Virus record (IMG/VR): IMGVR_UViG_3300044730_000313
Location: 1 to 64,000 of that record
Source of the DNA: a virus
Length of the DNA: 64,000 nt
Direction: 5' to 3' (one strand)
The notes under the pieces were generated by a model. That model was not told where the DNA came from, ran no database searches, and worked only from the letters and a program-made list of their open reading frames with translations. Below are positions 8,120-16,652 of this stretch, piece after piece (within the stretch, counting starts at the first letter, position 1; every line of letters begins with the position of its first letter). A program made the translations under genes and the position numbers.

Positions 8120-8727
8120 TTCTTAAGTTTTATCTTCCAATAAGAGTGAATTCCATACTGAACATCGCCATAAGTGTTTATACTTAGTGACCCTCCAAAC
8201 AGTTTTTCATTCCTGGTTTTCAGAAGAGCAGATGCCATTATTCCGTTTGGAGCAGGATCGCCTAAGATAGCCCCCCCTACATACAGCTGGTTGGTCTTTT
8301 TTGCTGGCAGGGTGATGGTTTCCCTAATAATTGGGTAGGAGATTTTACTCTGTACGCTTCTACCTATAACAAGGTTTTTCTGGACAGTGTCAGTGATTTT
8401 AACATATCCCACACTGTCTATAGCCACACTATCTTGCATGATGTTCTTTGCAAGTAGTTGATTCACAACCTCTTGATACTGCAACACAAGCTTTGCATAG
8501 TTAGTATCTGGGATGTATTGCTGGGTGATGATAGTATCATGTGATTCTATCGCTATTGTTTTAACCACCTGGGGCTTGGTAGTTGTAAAGGATTCCTTGA
8601 CAACTAGAACGGTGTCTCTAACAATCCTGGGAGCCTCTATGATGGGCTGTTCGCATCTTTGTAAAAATACTAAGACGAGAAGAATAGAAACAATAATGGC
8701 TATCAGGTTGTCTTTAACGAATTTCAT
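8116..8727 (-). CDS. membrane-anchored lysis-associated protein (spanin-like)
   Basis: N-terminal hydrophobic helix ending LQRC, repeated DT motifs, C-terminal amphipathic beta strands; first gene of the lysis operon. Confidence 0.5.
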   Translation of the reverse strand: MKFVKDNLIAIIVSILLVLVFLQRCEQPIIEAPRIVRDTVLVVKESFTTTKPQVVKTIAIESHDTIITQQYIPDTNYAKLVLQYQEVVNQLLAKNIMQDSVAIDSVGYVKITDTVQKNLVIGRSVQSKISYPIIRETITLPAKKTNQLYVGGAILGDPAPNGIMASALLKTRNEKLFGGSLSINTYGDVQYGIHSYWKIKLKK

Positions 8728-8730
8728 TGG

Positions 8731-8780
8731 TAAATAAAAATAACGTTCCCCGTCTCATCCGAAAAGAGAAAAGGAACGTC
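8731..8780 (-). terminator. long UUCG hairpin + U-tract in the lysis operon leader
   Basis: Minus-strand RNA GACGUUCC-UUU-UCUC-UUUUCGGAU-GAGA-CGG-GGAACGUU followed by AUUUUUAUUUA. Confidence 0.55.
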
Positions 8781-8853
8781 ATGGAGTTTAGTAAAATAGC
8801 GCCCAGGTCAGGGCATAATATAGCAATAACTTGACAGAGTAGGTCTCTAGGCA

Positions 8854-8885
8854 CAAATCTAAGAAATTGTTTTGAAACTACCAAA
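8854..8885 (-). promoter_or_regulatory. Bacteroidota-type promoter facing the lysis operon
   Basis: TTTG (8885-8882), 20-nt spacer, TAGATTTG (8861-8854). Confidence 0.75.
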
Positions 8886-8902
8886 TTTTTTTTCTACCTT
8901 TG
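8871..8902 (+). promoter_or_regulatory. Bacteroidota-type promoter for the multidomain glycosyltransferase
   Basis: TTTG (8871-8874), 20-nt spacer, TACCTTTG (8895-8902); ATG at 8910. Confidence 0.75.
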
Positions 8903-8909
8903 GGCTTAT

Positions 8910-11900
8910 ATGCCAAACAGTTACACATATTTTAAACCTGAAATCAAGCAGTGGTTTCTAGATAATGTTCCCACCAGTAAACGCATCCTAGATGTAGGTC
9001 CTGGACAGGGTACATATTCTGACCTGCTTAGAGATCATGGGTATAGAATAGATGCTGTAGAAATCTGGGCTCCTTACGTAGATCAGTTTGGATTGAGGGC
9101 TAAATATGACAATGTCTACATAGCAGACATCCGTGAGTTTGATATAAGCGATTATGACTTCATCATACTGGGAGATGTCCTAGAACATCTGTCTACAGAG
9201 GATGCCAAGCGTCTAATAGACAAGATATTATTTTCAGAGATGGGGTGTCTTGTGGCCATTCCCTACATGATGCCTCAAGAGGGGGCAGAATATGGAAATG
9301 AACATGAAACCCATTTACAGCCAGACCTCACACCACAGGTGATGATGGATAGATATCCCAGTTTGGTAAAACTGTATGATAATCAGTGGTATGGATATTA
9401 CGTAATGGAGGATAGCAAGTGGGAAAAGGCCTATGTACTCTATGCCACAGAAAGCTACAAGGACACTGTACAAGCCTGTGTGGACAGCATCAAGATGGTG
9501 AGTGAGATTCCCATTATTGTCTACATGCTTAATTCAGATGTTGATATAAAGGGAGCTGTCACCATCAAGTGGGAATGCAATGTTGACAATCCTAAGCAGG
9601 ACAAATACATCAATAGAGCTAGCAGTGACATATATAAGATACTTATACAACGTCCAGCTATTGTAAAAGATGCGCTTAGATATGCTAAGACGGTGGCTTA
9701 TATAGATAGCGATAGTGTAGCTACAAGATATATAGATACCATCTTTGACTATTTCCCAGTTAAGAATACCCATCCCTATTTTGTAGAGGGTATATATGAC
9801 TGGATGGTGCTAAATGGTAGGGGTGGAGCAATGTCTTATGATGACCTATCCACCACCCTAGAACACCCAGCTTGTTACTTGTTCAAGGTGGATCAGTATT
9901 TTAGAACCACCTACAGACAGACAGGCTATTTTGTAACTGGTCAGTGGTGTGAAAACTTTCTAGATGAATGGGTGTGGATGTGTAACCATCCAGCCATCCT
10001 TAAGAACCCACAATATTACGCTCCCTATCACGAGGAAACCATAGCCAATGTGCTTCTGTGGAAGTGGAGGGTGAACAAGGGACTGCCCTATCTATACATA
10101 AACGGTTCACTAGATATGGTGAACAATGTAGAATTCACTGGTTACAAGAAACACACTAGTCATTTTGTAGCCAGCCCTGCTTCTGAGAACCAACTGCTTT
10201 TCTATCACGGAGAGAAAGATGCTGTCACCATGTACAGAATGATAGAACGTATAAACCGTCTAAGAGTGCTGTTTGTAGCTCCTCACCTGTCTACAGGTGG
10301 TATGCCTGCCTTCCTCTTGAGAAGAATACAAGCTCTGCAGGCGCACACAAACGTAGACATCTATGTGGTGGAATATGCCAATCACAGTGATCACTATGTT
10401 GTGCAGAAAGATCAGATAAAACAGCTAGTGAAACACTTCTACACCCTGGGAGAAGATAAGCACGAACTTATAAATATCATACAACAGAACTTTATAGATA
10501 TTGTACACGTAGAGGAGATGGTGGAAGATGGCTGGAACAACTGGCCAGAGAGTTTAAGGGAAGCTCTCTATGCTTCTGATAGGACATGGAGGATGGTGGA
10601 AACCTGTCATAACATTGTGTTCAAGCCAGACATTGAGAAGCGCTTCCATCCAGACAGCTACATGTTCTGCACTCCCCACCACCTGAAGACATTTGTAAAC
10701 ATGCCTTCTCCTAAATACGTGGTGGAATACCCCATAGAAAAGAAGAATGCTGTAAAGCTAGACCTAGGACCAGGAAAGCATGTACTTAATGTAGGACTAT
10801 GGACTCCTGGCAAGAATCAAGGAGAAGCTGTAGAGCTAGCTAGACAAATGCCAGATGTGCACTTCCACTTTGTAGGGAATCAAGCAGGTAACTTCCAGCA
10901 CTACTGGGAACCTCTAATGAAAGATGTTCCTTCTAATGTGCATGTGTGGGGAGAGCGTAATGATGTAGGTAGTTTTATGAAGGGGTGTGATGTCTTCCTT
11001 TTTAACAGTACGTTTGAGTGTAATCCTCTGGTGATTAGAGAAGCCATAGGATTTGGTAAACCCATCATAGCTCGCAACCTCCCACAATATGGAGACATGT
11101 TCACTAAATACATCACTGACCTAGACCCAAAGAGGCTCAAGGAACAGGTGTATGAACAGCTTGACAATCCAAAGAAGTATGATGTTCCTGAGAACGAAGA
11201 GTTAGAGTTTGCCCTGTCTCATCTTGCCATCTATCAGAAGGTGACACATAGTCCCATACAGTCTAATGAAACCATAACCATCGATCACAACTTTGTGTTA
11301 CAACCCTTCCTTGAAATCAAGGGTAGGTCTAAGAGTAAGTTCAGGGTGGAATATCTAGATGAGCAGGGCGTGTGTCATTACAGAAACACAATAGGTGTTA
11401 ACAACTGGGTGAAGCTCAACAGGAGGTGGTATACCAAGTGGACCATTAAGATATGGAAAGACGATGAGCCCTATTATGAATACACCCTAGACTATACAGG
11501 CAAACGCGTGTATATAGCCTTTGATAGTAAATCCTTGGGAGACACAATAGCCTGGATGCCCTACGCTCTTGAGTTTAAGAAGAAGCACAACTGCCATGTG
11601 ATAGTGAGTACATTCAAGAACTTTCTGTTTGATGTCGTTTATCCAGAGCTTGAGTTTATTGAACCAGGACAACCTGCTTCCAACATATATGCTCAGTATT
11701 GTATTGGTTGGTTTTACAATTCAGACAAAGAACCAGCTTTGTGTAACATCGTAAAGCTCCAAGAGGCAGCCACTAACATCTTAGGTCTTGAGTTTCAAGA
11801 GATTAGACCCAGAATAGCCTTCACTCCTGGTGACAATTTATATGGTAAATATGTTACAATAGCCACCAACTCAACAGCAGGCTGTAAGTTCTGGACCAAA

Positions 11901-12326
11901 GAAGGCTGGCAGCAAGTGATTAACTTCCTGCACGAGAAAGGATATAAGGTAGTAAATGTGTCCAAAGAAAAGAATCCTTTTGACAACTGTGAGCAGATAG
12001 AGGATGTGTCCATGGAAAACACTATGAATGTCATCCATCATAGCCATCTATTTATTGGACTATCTAGTGGACTTAGTTGGTTAGCCTGGGCTATGAATAA
12101 GAAGGTGGTGATGATATCCAACTTTACAGACTCAGATCATGAGTTTAGCTGCATCAGAATTACCAAGACAGATGTGTGTCATGGCTGTTGGAATAAGGCT
12201 GAATACAGATTTGATGCAGGAGATTGGGACTGGTGCCCAGAGCACAAAGGTACAGACAGACAGTTTGAATGTCACCAGAAGATATCTGCTAGTCAGGTTG
12301 TTTTTGCTCTTTTAAACCATATTTAA
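8910..12326 (+). CDS. four-domain enzyme: SAM methyltransferase + GT-A glycosyltransferase + GT4 glycosyltransferase + Aah/TibC-type O-heptosyltransferase
   Basis: ILDVGPGQG (SAM motif); YIDSDS (DxD); PHLSTGGMP / PGKNQ / FECNPLVIREA (GT4); SLGDTIAWMPY, FIGLSSGLSWLAWA and CHGCWN..WCPEH..FEC (TibC iron-finger). Confidence 0.82.
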   Translation: MPNSYTYFKPEIKQWFLDNVPTSKRILDVGPGQGTYSDLLRDHGYRIDAVEIWAPYVDQFGLRAKYDNVYIADIREFDISDYDFIILGDVLEHLSTEDAKRLIDKILFSEMGCLVAIPYMMPQEGAEYGNEHETHLQPDLTPQVMMDRYPSLVKLYDNQWYGYYVMEDSKWEKAYVLYATESYKDTVQACVDSIKMVSEIPIIVYMLNSDVDIKGAVTIKWECNVDNPKQDKYINRASSDIYKILIQRPAIVKDALRYAKTVAYIDSDSVATRYIDTIFDYFPVKNTHPYFVEGIYDWMVLNGRGGAMSYDDLSTTLEHPACYLFKVDQYFRTTYRQTGYFVTGQWCENFLDEWVWMCNHPAILKNPQYYAPYHEETIANVLLWKWRVNKGLPYLYINGSLDMVNNVEFTGYKKHTSHFVASPASENQLLFYHGEKDAVTMYRMIERINRLRVLFVAPHLSTGGMPAFLLRRIQALQAHTNVDIYVVEYANHSDHYVVQKDQIKQLVKHFYTLGEDKHELINIIQQNFIDIVHVEEMVEDGWNNWPESLREALYASDRTWRMVETCHNIVFKPDIEKRFHPDSYMFCTPHHLKTFVNMPSPKYVVEYPIEKKNAVKLDLGPGKHVLNVGLWTPGKNQGEAVELARQMPDVHFHFVGNQAGNFQHYWEPLMKDVPSNVHVWGERNDVGSFMKGCDVFLFNSTFECNPLVIREAIGFGKPIIARNLPQYGDMFTKYITDLDPKRLKEQVYEQLDNPKKYDVPENEELEFALSHLAIYQKVTHSPIQSNETITIDHNFVLQPFLEIKGRSKSKFRVEYLDEQGVCHYRNTIGVNNWVKLNRRWYTKWTIKIWKDDEPYYEYTLDYTGKRVYIAFDSKSLGDTIAWMPYALEFKKKHNCHVIVSTFKNFLFDVVYPELEFIEPGQPASNIYAQYCIGWFYNSDKEPALCNIVKLQEAATNILGLEFQEIRPRIAFTPGDNLYGKYVTIATNSTAGCKFWTKEGWQQVINFLHEKGYKVVNVSKEKNPFDNCEQIEDVSMENTMNVIHHSHLFIGLSSGLSWLAWAMNKKVVMISNFTDSDHEFSCIRITKTDVCHGCWNKAEYRFDAGDWDWCPEHKGTDRQFECHQKISASQVVFALLNHI

Positions 12327-12513
12327 TCCACCTATACCAGATGCGTTCGTGGAAGTAGTATTGTACAGGCTTCCATAGGAGCTCAGCAATACCAAAGGCA
12401 GCACCTGCTTTTAAAGATCCTGTCACTACAAGCATTGTAGCAAACCCAATCAGTGTGCTTATCAGACGGTAGCTAATAGTCTTAGCTATATGTCGTTTCT
12501 TTAATACAGTCAC
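12289..12513 (-). CDS. DUF2061-like small membrane protein
   Basis: RHIAKTISYR...YYFHERIW signature; a family often found next to cysC. Confidence 0.75.
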   Translation of the reverse strand: MTVLKKRHIAKTISYRLISTLIGFATMLVVTGSLKAGAAFGIAELLWKPVQYYFHERIWYRWIKYGLKEQKQPD

Positions 12514-12896
12514 AGCTTACCCTCCGCTTTCATTTGCTCACGTATTTTTGTGGCAGATATGTCATGTATATCTGCAGGAGGAATGTGCTCAATAACATCA
12601 TAGCCCACACCTCTACCAATGTTGATGGACTCAATATTAGGAATCTTTATGATGCTCAGCCTACCAGTCTCAAGTAGTTCTTTAAGTTCACTAGATAGAT
12701 TCATCAGTATTTCCTGTGCGGTCCAGGGATTCTTTTCATCCACAGGCACATCTCTTATGCAGAGAAGCACCTTCTTATCCTCGTTCAGAGCTTGATCAAT
12801 AAGCCATCTGTGTCCTGCATGCCAGGGTTGCCATCTTCCAATAAACATTGCCCACTCTCCTGATTTGTGAGCAGCTTTTGCCAGTACGTTTTGCAT
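12510..12896 (-). CDS. HIGH-superfamily nucleotidyltransferase (cytidylyltransferase-like; possible minimal ATP sulfurylase)
   Basis: FIGRWQPWHAGH and ISATKIR motifs; ATG at 12896 preferred over the track start at 12935. Confidence 0.7.
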   Translation of the reverse strand: MQNVLAKAAHKSGEWAMFIGRWQPWHAGHRWLIDQALNEDKKVLLCIRDVPVDEKNPWTAQEILMNLSSELKELLETGRLSIIKIPNIESINIGRGVGYDVIEHIPPADIHDISATKIREQMKAEGKL

Positions 12897-13639
12897 AATG
12901 TTAATCCTTCGTTTAATGAATATCGTGGTGCCCAACCAGGCATCCAGTATCTAGGATTGCTACATGTGTAGAACTGGTATCCTTCTGGTATAGCTAATTG
13001 GTCATGATAGGTGTATGGTATATCCAATACGTCTGCAATATACTCAAAGCTGTGTGCCTCTCCAAGTCCTACATCATATTTCTTTCCTGATAGCACATCG
13101 TAATGTGCTAGAGCACGTAGATTAGCTAGTATTACATCATCCACATATATAAAGTCACGCTTGGGCTCACCAGGAAACAGCTTTGTGCTTCCAGCTTTTA
13201 ACATCTGGAAAGCCATAGAAGCCATCTTACCCTTATGTTCTTCTCCTGGTCCATAGACATTGTAATATCTAAGCGCTATTCCTCCTCTACTAAGAACATA
13301 CTGCTCACCCACATATTTGGACCACCCGTAGAGGTTTGATGGACATACACCATTGTTCCCATAACATGCTGCTGAGGAGGAGTAAATGAGGGGAACGTTG
13401 TTATTGTGACACCAGTCTGAAATAATTCTTGTTGATTCATAGTTAGTAAGCATTATGTAATTAACGTCTGTCTCCAGGGTGTTAGAACAAGCTCCTACAT
13501 GAAACACAGCCTCTGGCTTGTTCTCATCTAACCACTCTGTAGTGACAGGTGTGTCTTCATTAAGCTCAAGAGGGCTGTCAAAATACTTCTTTAAATTGCC
13601 CCCTATAAACCCTTTAGTCCCTGTGATTAATACCTTCAT
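12785..13639 (-). CDS. hldD: ADP-L-glycero-D-manno-heptose 6-epimerase
   Basis: ITGTKGFIG, YSSSAACYG, YGWSK and LRYYNVYGPGEEHKGKMAS (HldD-typical) motifs. Confidence 0.85.
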   Translation of the reverse strand: MKVLITGTKGFIGGNLKKYFDSPLELNEDTPVTTEWLDENKPEAVFHVGACSNTLETDVNYIMLTNYESTRIISDWCHNNNVPLIYSSSAACYGNNGVCPSNLYGWSKYVGEQYVLSRGGIALRYYNVYGPGEEHKGKMASMAFQMLKAGSTKLFPGEPKRDFIYVDDVILANLRALAHYDVLSGKKYDVGLGEAHSFEYIADVLDIPYTYHDQLAIPEGYQFYTCSNPRYWMPGWAPRYSLNEGLTLCKTYWQKLLTNQESGQCLLEDGNPGMQDTDGLLIKL

Positions 13640-14382
13640 GGTGTATTCACCCCTCTTTTAGATACAACAATAGAGCTCATCTTATTAGCAAAGGTAATAG
13701 AAACATCAACATCTTGCACCTGTAAATACTTGATAGCAAAAGCAGCCAGGAATGTATCACCAGCCCCTGACACATCTATTGTTTCTTTGGGTTCTGTAGG
13801 ATAGAGAGTGCCCATATATTTAGCTCCCTTACCACCTAGTGTAATAATCATCCTGAGGAGCAGTTGTCTGTCATCTGTTCTATTGTATTCCCACTCTAAC
13901 TCATTGAGTTTTACAAAGTTGTAGAGCAAGATGGTATCTGGATGCAGCTTCTTCTTAGTATCAAGAAATGAAAGTTTTGCAAGTTCTGCTATTTCTTGGA
14001 GCATCTCTTCTGTTAGAAAGCCCTTATTGTAATCACTTACAATTACAGCATCTGCTTCTTTAATCTTTTGTATAACATCCTCTGTAAACCTGAAGGGCAC
14101 CATAGCTCCATTCTCACCCTCATCCACTCTGAGGAACATGTGGTTGGTTTTCCTGTCAATATATCTGCACTTAACAATCACCTCAGACTGACAGATGCAT
14201 TCGATTTGATATTCATCCGTGAGCGCTTCTAGGTTCTTTCTAACATTCCCAGCCATCCCATGGTTTAATGTTCTGGTGATGTTAGACAACACAGGGACAG
14301 GAGCTTCTGGAGATAGTCTTTTAACATCTCCATAAGTGAATACATCTATACAACTCTCACCTATTACTAGTATCTTTTTCAT
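13636..14382 (-). CDS. heptose-7-phosphate kinase (HldE/RfaE domain I, PfkB family)
   Basis: RLSPEAPVPV, GMAGNV, VSDYNKG, DVSGAGDTF motifs. Confidence 0.9.
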   Translation of the reverse strand: MKKILVIGESCIDVFTYGDVKRLSPEAPVPVLSNITRTLNHGMAGNVRKNLEALTDEYQIECICQSEVIVKCRYIDRKTNHMFLRVDEGENGAMVPFRFTEDVIQKIKEADAVIVSDYNKGFLTEEMLQEIAELAKLSFLDTKKKLHPDTILLYNFVKLNELEWEYNRTDDRQLLLRMIITLGGKGAKYMGTLYPTEPKETIDVSGAGDTFLAAFAIKYLQVQDVDVSITFANKMSSIVVSKRGVNTP

Positions 14383-14758
14383 AGCTCAGTATTGTAGTTG
14401 TTGAAATTTCCGCTATCCTCTCAAAGTACCTAACATTCTTAGAATGTTCTGCTCCAATTACACGTTTATCCCTATAGTCAGAACCCACTATCATTATGTC
14501 TGGTTGATAGAGTTTGATCTGATCAATAAGCTCCTGCTCACTACCAAACCCCACCACTTCATCTACAAAGCGTAGAGACTCTAGCATTTCCTTTCTGTCT
14601 TTAAAACAATTAAAGGGCCTTGTGGGACCCTTTAGCTCTTTTATTCTATCATCTGTGTCTATTCCCACTCTCAAATAGCCCATAGCTGCTGCATATTTTA
14701 AGAGCTTTATGTGTCCTATATGTAGGATGTCAAAAGCTCCGTTCACCCATATTCTCAT
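14357..14758 (-). CDS. heptose-1-phosphate adenylyltransferase (HldE/RfaE domain II)
   Basis: NGAFDILHIGH, LKGPTRP, VGSDY, ISTT motifs. Confidence 0.88.
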   Translation of the reverse strand: MRIWVNGAFDILHIGHIKLLKYAAAMGYLRVGIDTDDRIKELKGPTRPFNCFKDRKEMLESLRFVDEVVGFGSEQELIDQIKLYQPDIMIVGSDYRDKRVIGAEHSKNVRYFERIAEISTTTILSYEKDTSNR

Positions 14759-15057
14759 ATCTCTTCTATACGTTTAGTTTTATCACATATCATTAGGTCG
14801 TATGCAGGCTTGTGGTTCATAATCAGATGGGTGTATTTACAGTTCCAATCATGTAACTGTTTGATTGTCAGCATTTTATAATCATGTCTAGACTGTTGAC
14901 CTCTAGCTGTGTAATACACTATCTCGTGTCCCTCATCATAGAGCTTGTTTATCTTGGCTATGTGTTCAGGAATAGGAACACAGTTTTCATAGTCAGATCC
15001 TTGTGTTTGACAAATAGTGTTGTCAATGTCTACATATATTTTTAGTCTCCTTTCCAT
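14755..15057 (-). CDS. short HAD-family phosphatase
   Basis: YVDIDNT, YTARG, KP..DL.ICD motifs; possible functional equivalent of GmhB. Confidence 0.75.
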   Translation of the reverse strand: MERRLKIYVDIDNTICQTQGSDYENCVPIPEHIAKINKLYDEGHEIVYYTARGQQSRHDYKMLTIKQLHDWNCKYTHLIMNHKPAYDLMICDKTKRIEEI

Positions 15058-15413
15058 ATTCTGTAGCTGTCTGTATCAAAGTGCTGTGTACTCACCTCAA
15101 ATATCTCACCATCCTCTAGAGCCTCAAGCTGATGTGGCTGTCCTGGGTATTGTGTCACCACATCTCCAGGCTTTAATTGTGTAGAATGTTCTATTCCTTC
15201 TGTTGTATCTATCCAGCGGTAGATGAATGTCCCTTTGTTTACATACCATGTTTCCTGTTTTATCAGATGGTAATGCATAGAGAACTTACATCCAGCTTTA
15301 AACACCAGTATCTTCCCACAATACTTCTCAGAGTTGTGGATGATGAGCTCATGTCCCCAACCCTTAGCTATTTTACATTCAGAACATTCGTGAACGTTGG
15401 TTAACATAGTCAT
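15042..15413 (-). CDS. cupin-fold sugar-phosphate isomerase-like protein
   Basis: KGWG.E, SMHYH..KQETWYV, PGQPHQL, EVST cupin motifs. Confidence 0.75.
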   Translation of the reverse strand: MTMLTNVHECSECKIAKGWGHELIIHNSEKYCGKILVFKAGCKFSMHYHLIKQETWYVNKGTFIYRWIDTTEGIEHSTQLKPGDVVTQYPGQPHQLEALEDGEIFEVSTQHFDTDSYRIWKGD

Positions 15414-15831
15414 TGATTAAGGATAGACATCTTTTTATTGAAAGATCCGTTGTACTTAGGCTCAGCACCTTCTCATCATTTGTAGGCATTTCAAAATCAG
15501 GAACATGAAATGACTCTCTTCCTCTCTCATCTGTGTAATGTAAATACACCCACACCACATTATTGGTGAGGTTATTGAGATAGTCTCTAGCTTCTTTGTA
15601 GGGATAGACCAATGATACAACAACATTGCTTCTTGTAGAGTTGAGGAAGTGAGCTATGTCACTAGCCCTATTCAGGTTCTTAATCCTACCCTCCTTAGAA
15701 TAGTCCTTGTTTGCAAACAGCTCTCTAAGCTTGTCCCCATCTATGTTTACAAATGTGGATGTCTGCTTTATTATCTCATTAGCGATGGTGGACTTACCAC
15801 TGTGAGGCTGTCCAAAGAGTACGATTATCAT
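15379..15831 (-). CDS. cysC: adenylylsulfate (APS) kinase-like
   Basis: P-loop GQPHSGKST, IDGDKLR, DYSKEGRIKNL, FEMP motifs. Confidence 0.8.
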   Translation of the reverse strand: MIIVLFGQPHSGKSTIANEIIKQTSTFVNIDGDKLRELFANKDYSKEGRIKNLNRASDIAHFLNSTRSNVVVSLVYPYKEARDYLNNLTNNVVWVYLHYTDERGRESFHVPDFEMPTNDEKVLSLSTTDLSIKRCLSLINDYVNQRSRMF

Positions 15832-16646
15832 TTGCTATATCTGAATTGATCAAAGAACCATTTGTAGTTTGTGTAAATCCAATCTGTCACATCCTTACCA
15901 AGGAGCTGTTTAGCCTTAGACTGTACAGGCTCAAGCTTCTTTCTAATCACATGGTCACCAAACTGACCATACACCTCATCATCCTCCTTAGTTACCTGCT
16001 CAATGTTATCAAAGTCATGATCATAATAGGGTATGTCAAGGTATTGGTATATCCTAATCATCTCTGATTTAGGATAGAGACAGAGGTCTTCAAACTTGAC
16101 AAATAGCATCTTGTCTGCATATCCTAGTCTAAAGAGTTCACTCAACCTTTCGATAGCAAGACCAACAGGTTGACTCTGTGCCCAGATGTCTATACGTTTA
16201 GGAACTGTTGTACCAGTCATCTGTGCCCAGTTGAGAATAGCATTTGCTTTGTCAGGATGCTTTCTATAATTGTTCTCCATAGAAGCAAACACATCACGCA
16301 GGTCTCTCACCATGCATATAATCTTTGGATCAGGCTGTATGAAATTCAAAAAGTCATAGTGTATACCCCATCCTCTAGACTTGTCAACAACATATTTCTT
16401 GTCTGTAATAGCATTGTAATACGCATCCATACCGTGTTTACAGAAAGCTTGGAAGGCTTTCTTCATCACCTCAGGGTCTTGAGCCTGGAACTCAGGGCTG
16501 TCTGTATAATTAGTCCTGGCTGCAAACACAAGTTCTAACACACCACTAGTAGGAGTGGCATAGATGTCTGGGTTCTGGGCTAGGATGTTTTGTAACAGTG
16601 TAGATCCTGCTCTTGGCAGGGAGGATTGATAGAATATCTTCTCCAT
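15828..16646 (-). CDS. PAPS-dependent sulfotransferase
   Basis: 5'-PSB motif SLPRAGSTLL, DKSRGW, 3'-PB motif VRDLRDVFAS, FEDL. Confidence 0.88.
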   Translation of the reverse strand: MEKIFYQSSLPRAGSTLLQNILAQNPDIYATPTSGVLELVFAARTNYTDSPEFQAQDPEVMKKAFQAFCKHGMDAYYNAITDKKYVVDKSRGWGIHYDFLNFIQPDPKIICMVRDLRDVFASMENNYRKHPDKANAILNWAQMTGTTVPKRIDIWAQSQPVGLAIERLSELFRLGYADKMLFVKFEDLCLYPKSEMIRIYQYLDIPYYDHDFDNIEQVTKEDDEVYGQFGDHVIRKKLEPVQSKAKQLLGKDVTDWIYTNYKWFFDQFRYSK

Positions 16647-16652
16647 GTTGGT

